Of a DNA stretch of 64,000 bases, positions 1 through 11,340 are shown piece by piece. Source of the DNA: Vezdaea acicularis (taxonomy: Eukaryota). The stretch covers positions 1 to 64,000 of the forward strand of contig JAPEUI010000083.1 in the NCBI GenBank assembly GCA_026025075.1. Reading direction: 5' to 3'. The notes beneath the pieces were generated by a model. That model made no database searches. It was not told the DNA's origin and worked only from the letters and a program-made list of their open reading frames with translations. The position numbers and the translations under genes are program-made. Numbering within the stretch: the first letter of the stretch is position 1; the number at the start of each line of letters is the position of its first letter.

Positions 1-386
1 GCTATAGGTTGGCCGGAGCGGGCAAACTGTCCCCAGTAAAGATGGGGCCGTTCCGTATCAAAAGCAAGGTAGGACGCCTAGCCTACGAGATTGAATTGCC
101 ACCGGAACTTCAGGACATCCATCCAGTAATCTCGGTGACACACCTGGAACAGGCGCCCGACAAGTCATTGACGCAGGGCAGGAAGCTGCCACCCCCTGGT
201 CCTCTCCTGGTGGACGGCCAGGAGGAATGGGTTGTCGAACGGATATTGGGCCAAGAGAGACGAGGAGGGAAAGACTTCTATAAGATCAAGTGGGAGGGAT
301 ACGACGGTCCAACCTGGGAGCCTGCAGAGAACATAGCAGCAGACGTCCCTCAGCTGGTCCGGAAGTTCAAAAAGACACGGCGTTAG
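1..386 (+). CDS. pol C-terminus: integrase GPY/F (SH3-like) region plus chromodomain (partial)
   Basis: GPFRIKSKVGRLAYEIELP..IHPVISVTHLE and EEWVVERILG..YKIKWEGY..TWEP; stop TAG at 384-386. Confidence 0.95.
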   Translation, partial: YRLAGAGKLSPVKMGPFRIKSKVGRLAYEIELPPELQDIHPVISVTHLEQAPDKSLTQGRKLPPPGPLLVDGQEEWVVERILGQERRGGKDFYKIKWEGYDGPTWEPAENIAADVPQLVRKFKKTRR

Positions 387-689
387 CTGTGTCGTATCCC
401 CTAAGAAATACTGAATAGGGGCTACTATCTTGAGATAGTTACCCCTATATTGATATCGCTTACGAATTCGCTTATTTTAGATAGTTAATTTAACTTGCGC
501 TGAGCTGTAGCTCGCTTCACCTCACCTCACCTTTCGTCGCTACACCTCATCTATCCTTCATTCTTACACCACCTCATCCTTCGACAAGGTGATTCTCTTG
601 ACGTCTATAGTACTACCGCGGGGCTTGCCCCTTCGTAATAAACATACCGTTTAACATACCGCTTTATCACCTCAGCCTGTCCGGTTACA

Positions 690-2969
690 ATGGCCCCCGG
701 TGCAATGGCTTCGGTGCATACAAACGTCCCGCCGGTCAAGTGGGCCAAATATGACTTTAAACCCGTCCGAAGAGCTTGGCCTCCTTCCTGGAGGGATCGT
801 CACATCGAGGGCGCAATCTACGCAACTTTTGGTCTGTTCTCTAGCCCTTCCGACCGTGAGATGGCTAAGAGACTTTTCGCGATCGAAAACGACCCAAACG
901 ACTGGCCTTGTCGTGCTATTAGACGCGGCTGGAACATCAAGAAGCAGCCAGAGTTTGACGACAACATCGTTGAACTCTTCAAGGAGACGTTCCCCACCTG
1001 CGACAAGACGGATGGCCAGATTGGTAGAGCACTGAAACAAGACATCCTGATCAAGAATAAGATCCTCATACAGGCTCTCAAGGAAGACGGCATCGAGACA
1101 AAGCTTCAATACCGATTGTCCTGGGAACACGAAGCTACATTGGTACGATACCCCACCTTCGACGAAGCAGAAGAAGGGACAGGAGCTTATGACGATCCTC
1201 TCGCAACGGTACCCGAGTTTGGCAATTGGGAAGACGCCTTAAACGTTACAAAGGCCAAACTCCAGCGCGAGAAGATGTCTGCCATGGCTATGAGATCACT
1301 GTCCCCATCCGGGTCAACCCAAGCTATGGATCCAGAGGAAGAGCACAATGATACGGTATCGGACAAGATAGCTCGCGCAGATGCAAACGTGGCTATTCAA
1401 AGCATTGAACCCATCCTGTCGCCAGTACAATCGACCATGGCGCCGCCTCGTCGGGTCACACGGTCCGCGACGCACCAGCCGACGGCCTCTATCGTACACC
1501 CCGTGTCCATATCATCTTCCATATCGTCGTCCTCGAGCTCAAGCGGGTCTGAAACAATAAATGCTGTTGTAACGAACACTCGAGAAGACACAAGGGAACC
1601 TGATACATTTGTGAGCCCAGACACGTTGCCCGTGCCACGTACAAGACCGCTGGCTGCGACATCTCGGTCCCCAACACCAAGAACCACGCCCTCCAAACCC
1701 GTCGAACAAGTCTCCACTGCTCTCACCCAGGTCTCAACTACAGGACGTACCGCTAGGGCAGGAACCAACCCTCTCTGGACCCCAGGCGCTCAATTCCCCG
1801 CTGGAACATGGCAACCTACTGACGGACACGGCGATGAAAACGGTCCGAACTGGCTTCTGTATGACCCGAGGGGCCCCTTGCCTATACTAGACTCGCGAGG
1901 ATACTCGGCGGACGACAGAAGACTGATGACCTTCCCGGTGTACGTTAACCTGAGCGACAGAGCGACAGGGCATGTCATCATGTCGATGGTATCCTACCGG
2001 ATGAAACAGAAGTATTGGCCAAATAACTTCCGAAAAGATGCTCGGCTGGCCAGGAACTACGTATCAAAAGGGGCAGGATTTTTCTTCGTGGACGGACGAG
2101 TTGGGGCGGTGGACACCATCAAGCTGCTAGGTGCTGATTTTCATGGCAAAATCCCAAAACACTACAACCTGCCGATTGGAAGCGCCCAGTCGAATGATCA
2201 GCTGCAGGACCTTCCCCCCGATGACCTTGCGGTGGCAGACTGTTTTCTTCCCGTACCGGCATCCAGCTTAGGCGGGACACAACCATCTGTTGGACCAGGA
2301 CAATATGCCGTGCCTAAGTTTGTCGTCGCCGTCACCCCCCCAGCTCCAGGACAAAAGGATGCAAGCATTCAAGTAAAGAAGCCAGCAACATCCCGTCGAT
2401 CAGCAGATACGACGCGTTCATCGGTATTTCCTAGTCAGCGTCGTCTTCCACCCTTACAGTCGTTGGAGCCCCAGCCAGTGGAACGCCCCAATATCGCCAC
2501 ACATGAACCGCGACAAGCTTCATCTCCTCCTAAGGGTGGTTCATCGCGTCTAAGCAAGGTATCAAAGAAAAAACTATTTGAGGAGTCAAAAGCTATCAAG
2601 GAAGAGGTAAAAGCCCATATGGCACGTCTGGAGGAGCTTGACCGTCAGTTAGAACCGGATCCAGCTCCGCTAAGTACTCGAAAAAAGCATCAGCGTCAGC
2701 ATAAAGCTGCCCCCGCTCCGTCCTCTTCACCCCCTCAGCGTGTCCTGCCACAGACGACCAGCTTCCAGCCAATCAACGAGCCCGGCCCGTCTGGACACCC
2801 TGATCATAGACGTTCCTCGACTCAAACGTTCAATAGCGACAGTCTACGTTCCCCCGGTATGCTCACGGGTCACGACAATCAGGTTGAGGGCGATGGACAA
2901 AAGGAAGCAGCGTGGCCTGAAGATGACCTCTACGCTGACTCTCCAAGGCCATCGCCTCCAAAGGGATAA
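690..2969 (+). CDS. Retrotransposon-borne extra ORF (ORF3), 759 aa, unknown function
   Basis: Uninterrupted 2.28 kb ORF, ATG in ACAATGG context, lying between the pol stop and the PPT; no family recognised. Confidence 0.8.
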   Translation: MAPGAMASVHTNVPPVKWAKYDFKPVRRAWPPSWRDRHIEGAIYATFGLFSSPSDREMAKRLFAIENDPNDWPCRAIRRGWNIKKQPEFDDNIVELFKETFPTCDKTDGQIGRALKQDILIKNKILIQALKEDGIETKLQYRLSWEHEATLVRYPTFDEAEEGTGAYDDPLATVPEFGNWEDALNVTKAKLQREKMSAMAMRSLSPSGSTQAMDPEEEHNDTVSDKIARADANVAIQSIEPILSPVQSTMAPPRRVTRSATHQPTASIVHPVSISSSISSSSSSSGSETINAVVTNTREDTREPDTFVSPDTLPVPRTRPLAATSRSPTPRTTPSKPVEQVSTALTQVSTTGRTARAGTNPLWTPGAQFPAGTWQPTDGHGDENGPNWLLYDPRGPLPILDSRGYSADDRRLMTFPVYVNLSDRATGHVIMSMVSYRMKQKYWPNNFRKDARLARNYVSKGAGFFFVDGRVGAVDTIKLLGADFHGKIPKHYNLPIGSAQSNDQLQDLPPDDLAVADCFLPVPASSLGGTQPSVGPGQYAVPKFVVAVTPPAPGQKDASIQVKKPATSRRSADTTRSSVFPSQRRLPPLQSLEPQPVERPNIATHEPRQASSPPKGGSSRLSKVSKKKLFEESKAIKEEVKAHMARLEELDRQLEPDPAPLSTRKKHQRQHKAAPAPSSSPPQRVLPQTTSFQPINEPGPSGHPDHRRSSTQTFNSDSLRSPGMLTGHDNQVEGDGQKEAAWPEDDLYADSPRPSPPKG

Positions 2970-3021
2970 GTCTGCCGTGGCACTCCGACGCTACTACAGG
3001 ATATCGGGACGATATCTTTTC

Positions 3022-3030
3022 GGGAGGGGG
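3022..3030 (+). promoter_or_regulatory. Polypurine tract (plus-strand primer)
   Basis: GGGAGGGGG followed by CAATC and then TG, the LTR start; preceded by TCGGGACGATATCTTTT. Confidence 0.85.
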
Positions 3031-3035
3031 CAATC

Positions 3036-3333
3036 TGTTGTGGGACAGCGGGATAGGGGCAGATGGGCTATAGGGGCAGGAGCAGGTACGCGATATACTG
3101 ACAGACGCAGCCTTCTTATAGCGCCTGCCCATAGGGGCAGCGCTATAAGGCATGCGACTGCCCTGCAACGGACAGCGCTTACTGCGCTGTCCTGACCGGG
3201 CAGTCGTGACCGGGCACGTGATGACCCATATATATAGCGTATCCCCCTAGATAGAAACAATGCAACTCTTTCATCATAAACCCGTATCAGGACGCCTTGT
3301 CCTTGCAGTGTCTGGACACCCCGTGCCCTGACA
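3036..3333 (+). repeat. 3' LTR (~298 bp)
   Basis: Starts TGTTGTGG 5 nt after the PPT and ends CCCTGACA exactly where transposase-like sequence begins; TATA-like ATATATATAG near 3228. Confidence 0.82.
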
Positions 3334-3978
3334 ATATTTCTCTCCATTCATACGGCCATCTAGCATTACCATTGACCCCAATTCTTTCCCTTTCATATAA
3401 ACCCATACTCCAACTGATGTCCGGCCGCTTTTGAATGTTGGAGTCAAACATTCTGCAAGATATTCTTCAGCTGGTTGGCGCCAGACCCATATTACTCGAG
3501 AATCTAAGCCTAATTCAATATTGCATTCATCACTGAATAATACTTGTGACCAATCTTCAATAGACCAATGCTCATGAGCTAGCGCAAATGCTAATCTTAT
3601 ACGCTTATGCTCTGCCTTCAGAAATGGCTTGCGTCTTGCAATGCGCCGATGATATCCATATTTATTCAAAGCAGATTTTACTGTTGGAACACTGCATTCA
3701 AAAACGCGGCATAGCTCTTTTATTGAAATATGGCGATCTTGTACTGCCATGCGTACTAATCGTCGCTGATCTCGAACAGAGAGAAACTTAGGTCGACCGC
3801 TCTGTGGCCGTCGAGCGGTAGGATCCTCGGGGTTCTCCTTAGCTCGAGTTACAGCCCTTGAGATTTGGCCAAGAGAAACATGCTCGGTGTGGACTATAGA
3901 GCGATAAGCCACCTTGTGTCGCACAAGCGCTAGGATGGCAGACGCTTTGCGAGGGGTCAGATGTCTCTTTGCTAACAT
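3334..3978 (-). pseudogene. Tc1-family transposase (HTH + first half of DDE), truncated by insertion
   Basis: SGRPKFLS, RRIARRKPFL, W..VLFSDE, VWRQPAE, SVGVW, DGRMNGEKY; after Y the frame runs into LTR sequence. Confidence 0.9.
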
Positions 3979-4109
3979 TTTACTATGATAAGATACTTCT
4001 ACAACTATCTACGGCTTCAAAAGTGGTTATCGAATGCCCCCCGCTACCCCGCTAACTGCTAACGAGTTACGCAATTTTAGCGTGTTCCAATACTTTCTTT
4101 CGCTAACTG
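3334..4109 (-). mobile_element. 5' part of a Tc1/mariner DNA transposon, interrupted by the LTR element
   Basis: Transposase ORF plus terminal TA|CAGTTAGCGAAAGAAAGTATTGGAACAC read on the minus strand. Confidence 0.88.
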
Positions 4110-4111
4110 TA
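4082..4111 (-). repeat. Tc1 terminal inverted repeat with TA target site (4110-4111)
   Basis: TA-CAGT start typical of Tc1 ends; the partner TIR is not in the window, so TIR length is approximate. Confidence 0.7.
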
Positions 4112-4738
4112 CATAGACCAATGTCAGAGATACATGGTACGACTGGAAGATACCAAAGTTTGTCAAAGGAAGCCAGCCAATGGGGGCCCAGGATATGCAG
4201 TCAACCTTAGACGAATTGCGCCTCGATGGTTGCGGCAGTGAAGGCCTCAATTGATTTACTTCCAGGGCTTGCCAAAGCCCCGGGTAAGCTAGTATGGAAT
4301 AGCATTCCTTGATATCGCCACAATTTGCAACGCCAGTATACCCAATTGTACGATCTAAATTGGAGAGGTCAAAAGCTGGATGCATGTCCCCGCGAGGTAA
4401 CAGAAGCGCAATATTTTTGTAGACAAAGGGAATAGGGCAGAGTTGATTCGACACAGGCGCGATTTCCAGACTCTTGAAGTTCTATGACATTACAGTGCCT
4501 GCCGAAACAGTAGGTTTCCCACAATGCATGCCGCTATAAATATGCTTACTCGTTCATACTCAAGTCTTTGCTTTGGATGCCCCATGGATAATAGCAGGGT
4601 TCTCGGCGCGGAGTTACTTTTTCGCCGACGTCGCATATCTCAGAATTTCCGAACTAGGCAAGCTTAGTTCCGGCGAGTGGATCGCAACTTTCTTAACAGG
4701 CACAACTTCCTTCGCCCTCAGGAAGACAATATCCCAAG

Positions 4739-6899
4739 ATGCCTGAGCGGAGAGAGGAAAGCTTTAGTGCCGGGGTACGTCTAAGACCTCGTAACTGCTC
4801 ATCCGGGTTATAATGATTCAAAGCTTACTTATAATCGTGATAGGCTATGCTCCGGACCGGCCTTCAAGGCATTGGGATGTATCTTATAGTCCAGTTCGCA
4901 ATGAAGCAATTCATGCCGCAGCCACAGTCGCAGACACCTGGTTCCACAAGTTCAGTAGGGGGTGCAATCGGAGCTATTCCAGCATACGAAGCCCGACCAA
5001 GCGCCTTAGATGCGGGAGCGGAAATAAGCATAATACCGGAAACCATCATTCCCATATGGCCCACAGACACTTCCCTTGACATCAGCATGTATGTCTCATC
5101 GTCTGTAGCAATGCCGGCGTTAAAGTCGGCGCCAAAAGAATCACTCGTCTTGAGTGAGGAGGGGTTCAAGCTCGGAGATTATGAAGATACGCGGCATATC
5201 GAAACCACTTTCACGGTACCGAAAGAAGTGCAAAATAACGGTACCTTGTGGGCTCACTTCTACGTTGGACTTTCTGGCAGCGTACTGGATCCTCTCGATA
5301 AGCACTATGACGCCGGGAGGGCATATCACTTCCTAAAGCCTCTAAATCAATTTCTTGCGAAGAAGAAAGTCAAGAAGACGAAGAAATTGCTAGAAGCTAC
5401 AGCAGAAACCGAGGTCATCGAAGAAGAGTCAAAACCCACTGGTCGAGTCATATCTTCATACTATCACCCAAATTTCACAGTCTCTCTCATCCCAGACTCA
5501 AGCGTTATAAATTTCCCCAGCTTACATCCTGCCCTCCGTCAATGGATCCATCTGGAGTCCAAGGGCTCTCGAGATGGTTCTGGTCAGAACACCTGGTACT
5601 ATCCAATTATATATCTTAATACCTTTTGGCAGCTGCGGGATCATATGACGGAGCTCAATTCCACAGTCAAGACACTGCCCCTGCATATCACCCTAAACAA
5701 CCAGAACAATTGGAAGTTCTCGCTCTATGCAACAATAGATGACAGTGTTAAGACAACAGCCCGAAATGCCGCCCATGGCGGCTCAATAACCGCTGGCGGA
5801 GACGGTAGTGAGTTCGAAGAAATGAAGAGAATACTTGTTGACACCAACCTTTATCTGCTGGGGACTACCGTGTTTGTTAGTATTCTGCATACAATCTTCG
5901 AAATGCTCGCTTTCAAGAGCGATATTGTAAGTAGTCAATTCGAGTCATGTGAGTCCTTCAAGTACTGACTGGTAGCATTGACAGTCACATTGGAGAAATA
6001 AGAAAGACAATGTTGGAATCTCTGTTCGAACCATACTAGCCAACGTTTTCATGCAGACCATCATTTTCTTGTACCTTATCGATAATTCCGATGGAACCTC
6101 TTGGATGATTCTGTTTGGACAAGGCATGGGAATCGTCCTTGAAGCATGGAAGATCACGAAAACGGTTGATGTTCGCGTTCGGCCTGCACCTCCGGGCGCC
6201 TGGCTGCCCTATCATGTTACTTTCGAAGACAAGCACAAACTCAGCGAGACTGAAGAGAAGACTAAAGAGTATGACGAGATCGCTTTCAAGTACCTTTACA
6301 TGGTTGCTGTGCCGTTACTTGGCGCATATGCAGTGTACAGTATGCTTTATGATACCCATAAGAGCTGGTACAGCTTCGTAATCACCACTCTGGTCGGAAG
6401 CGTCTACGCTTATGGATTTCTGATGATGGTTCCAAGTCTTTACATTAACTATCGGCTGAAGGTACAATATCAAAGCATCTATCAAGGAGCATGTTTGCTA
6501 ACGTATTCTTAGAGTGTTGCTCATATGCCAGGCAAGGCCATGACCTACAAGGTCCTCAATACTTTTATTGTAGGTCTCTTTTAGAGCGAGATCTTGACCT
6601 TTCTGCCATGTCTAATTGTTGTTCAGGACGACTTATTCGCGTTCACCATCAAAATGCCAACACTTCACCGACTCGCCACACTCCGCGATGACGTGATATT
6701 CTTCATCTATCTGTACCAATCCTGGAAGTACAAGGTTGACCCAACACGTGTCAACGAATTCGGACAAGGCGGAGAAGTGGAGGAAGTGGATGCCAAGAAG
6801 GCAGCAAAGCCACTAGTAACTCAAACAGGAAAGGACACCGCCCCAGCAGCAATAGCCAGTGGAAGAGAAAAAGGTGCAAAGTTAGAGAAGCACAAATAA
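4739..6899 (+). CDS. CLPTM1-family membrane protein (putative lipid scramblase), multi-exon
   Basis: NNGTLWAHF, FEMLAFKSDI, YGFLMMVPSLYINYRLKSVAHMP, DDLFAFTIKMPTLHRLATLRDD, RVNEFG; GT-AG introns. Confidence 0.92.
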
Positions 6900-7111
6900 T
6901 TTTTCATGTTATACTGGATAGCACTTAGAGTGCGGAATGTTCTGTAATCGTAGGCATAGAAAGGCTTGGATCACATGAAACACTTTCAAGCGCTACAAAC
7001 GCTCCAAGCGTGTCAAGCACATCAAGTTCCATTCACTACTATACGAGCTCAAGCTTGACAGTCATCTAGTTTCAGCTCCAAACGCCCTCCTAGCTCACCC
7101 TTCGTCGCCAG

Positions 7112-8030
7112 CTACATATCATCCCACCTCTCCACCAATCCTCCTTCCCCCTTGTAACCTTGCAACCAGCTGATTACCTCTTCAGCCTGCCATGCCACTC
7201 CGATGATTTCCTTCCTTTTCTCCCTCACAAACCCCTCCCCATCAGCCCTACTCACCCATGCTAACAACCCATCCCAAAACCCCTCTACATTGTATACACA
7301 AATGCCCCTATTATGAATGCCGAGCTGATTCCAAGTCACCATTTCCATCAGCTCCTCCAGCGTACCAAACCCGCCACTCAGCGCCACGAACCCGCTCCCC
7401 GGCCCGCCCGCGACCACTTCCCGCGCCATCAGCTTCTTGCGCGTATGCATATCCGGTACAATCGTCGTCCGCCCGTACTCCGTCGTAGGTCCAGGCCGAA
7501 TCCCGCTTCCGCCGTGCCGCACATCCTCCTTCGCCCCTTCAGAAGCTTCTTGAGTCTGCGGATTAGAAGTGTACGAGTTTCCGCGCTCAAGCGCGAGGAG
7601 CGGCGCGGGAATTATCCCGTGCACAGCGTCGATCCCGCTGAGGGAGACGAGGCGTTTGGCTATGGCGCCCATGAGGCCGGTCGACCCGCCGCCATACACG
7701 AGCGAGATCTTGTGGGCGTGCAATGTTTCCGCCAGGGCTTCAGCGGCGGCTAGATGCGTGGGGGAGACGCCGGGGGTGGAGCCGCAGCTGGGCATGTGGG
7801 GTTAGCGAGGCGGAATATGCGGGGCGGAGCGGGGGTGGGGTGATGTGCGGGGTTAGGCGGGGCACTTGCAATACACATATCTTTGTGCGGGGCTTCTCCT
7901 CAGAAGCGGATGCTGCTGTAGAAGTAGATGGAGGGATAGAATCGGAATTGGGTGGAGCTGCCTCGGAATTGCGCCTAGAGTATGAGTTGTGGAGGCGATG
8001 TAGCATGGGATGCGCAGGGGGCATAGACAT
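7112..8030 (-). CDS. LOG1: LOG family nucleotide phosphoribohydrolase (lysine decarboxylase-like)
   Basis: KICVFCGS after splicing, LVYGGGSTGLMG, DMHTRK, GGFGTLEEL, TWNQLGIH; start codon uncertain. Confidence 0.9.
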
Positions 8031-8300
8031 GTTGAGAAGTATCGGTGGGGGACGTTGCCAATCGATCGTCAGGAACGGGGATCAGATCGTAAGTCTACAC
8101 CAATTCAGAGCCTGCAGCGACGGTTTTATATTCGAAGGTATCGCACCAAAAGATTACGTCAGTAGTTTTAATTCGTCTATCGCTTTCTCTAGTCTGCGAG
8201 ATCGGAGCTATTCTCTTTTGGGCGTCTGATTGGCTAAGGACATATCTGCATGAATGCTCCGTACCTTTAACGCCAGATCCAACCGAAGATACATGCCCGC

Positions 8301-10017
<1,717 letters not shown>

Positions 10018-10545
10018 GATATGCGCGGGGTAGTGATATGAATGCCCCACCAGAGCACCAGGCAAGACCGAATATGTATGTAAGATAGGTATCTTAACCG
10101 CAGCTTCGAGAATTTGGAGAACAATTTCAAGTCGGTCACCAAAAGTCTCTTACAGAAACTTCCCTTACGCAGTTCTTCGTATATCAAGCTCTTGTGCCGA
10201 AGAAGTGACTCTAATATTCGCTTATTTTGAATCGCAGAAGAGGGCTCCACCACGTACGCTAAAACGTTGCCTCAACCTATCATCAAAAGCGCTATACATA
10301 TGGAAGGGCATGTATCTGAAGTCGCTCTCCAATTGAAAACCCTGCTCTATCCCGAAATCTGCTTAAGCCTCTAATAAGGCTTGACTCCGTGTACCAATGT
10401 CTATATTGCCCCCTTCTCCGCAGTACCTGCAATCAAAAGGCCTCCCAACGCACTTTCGTAAATGCAATCATTAGTCATATTTTATAGATCAGGTTGATAG
10501 CGACAATTCCCCGTTTGGTAGTCCCAAAATTTCAGACCCTTGCTC

Positions 10546-11340
10546 CTACATAATCACACATGGGCCTTGTTTTGTTGGTTTGGGGGCCTCCTGGGATTTC
10601 TCGACTTCCGCAATCATCATATCGAACGCCTTCGAGACGTTCTCGTTATACCGAGCACTAGCTTCGGTCCATCCGCACTTGAACTCTTCGGCGATTTTCT
10701 TTCCCTCTTCAACTGAGACTTGTCTTTGTTCGGGTCGCAAATCACTCTTATTTCCGACAACAACTAAAGGGACCCATTCTGCACCCTATTGATGTAAGGG
10801 TTGAAGGCTCGAGTTGTACTTAGTTTATCAACTTACAAGGTGTGTCAAAATCTTGTCTCGAATTATACGAACCATCTCGAACGATTGCTTCGAGGCAACT
10901 GAATAAACAAGTACATAGCCATGTATTCCAATAAAATGCTTTGAGTTCAGGACGCTGTACTCATCCTATTTGGAGATTATATTAGCCTTTGGTGAACTCT
11001 AGTTCAGAGTCGTTGCAGGCGTAAACTTTGACTTGTTGCTAGCATAATCGTCAAAAGGAAACCTACCTGACCGGCAGTGTCAACAATTTCCGTCGCGAAG
11101 TCCTGCCCCTTATACTTGATGACCTTGCTGAACGTGTTCTCAATCGTTGGATAATAGCTATCAACAAAGACACCGTCGACGAATTGTACAGTGAGTGAAG
11201 ACTTCCCTAAATTCGTTGCGTGTCTGTATCAGTGAACGTTGAACCATGAATTTCACGAGGGTGAAACAAGAGCGCAGCATACCGACTGATCTACTTCCAA
11301 CTATAGCTATCTTACGCTGCTTCGCAGGTCCCGTCATCAT
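10546..11340 (-). CDS. RHB1: Rheb small GTPase
   Basis: KIAIVGSRSVGKSSL, YYPTIENTF, DTAGQDE, EASARYN, CaaX CVIM. Confidence 0.95.

Larger units (their letters stand above)
1..3333 (+). mobile_element. 3' part of a Ty3/gypsy chromovirus LTR retrotransposon carrying an extra ORF (5' part lies outside the window)
   Basis: Order on + strand: integrase GPY/F + chromodomain, spacer, 759-aa ORF, PPT GGGAGGGGG, LTR TGT...ACA; the right end abuts an interrupted Tc1 transposase. Confidence 0.9.

Noticed and set aside
672..1130. 152-aa antisense ORF and other short ORFs overlapping ORF3
   Set aside because: Shadow frames of a long sense ORF with no motifs
690..2969. ORF3 as a retroviral-type env gene
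   Set aside because: Position fits, but no signal peptide, transmembrane anchor or Cys-rich ectodomain is visible
3274..3333. C-terminal CQGTGCPDTARTRRPDTGL of the 234-aa transposase ORF
   Set aside because: Read-through into LTR sequence, not transposase
4491..4520. TACAGTGCC as a second Tc1 end
   Set aside because: No similarity to the 4082-4109 end beyond CAGT and it points away from the element
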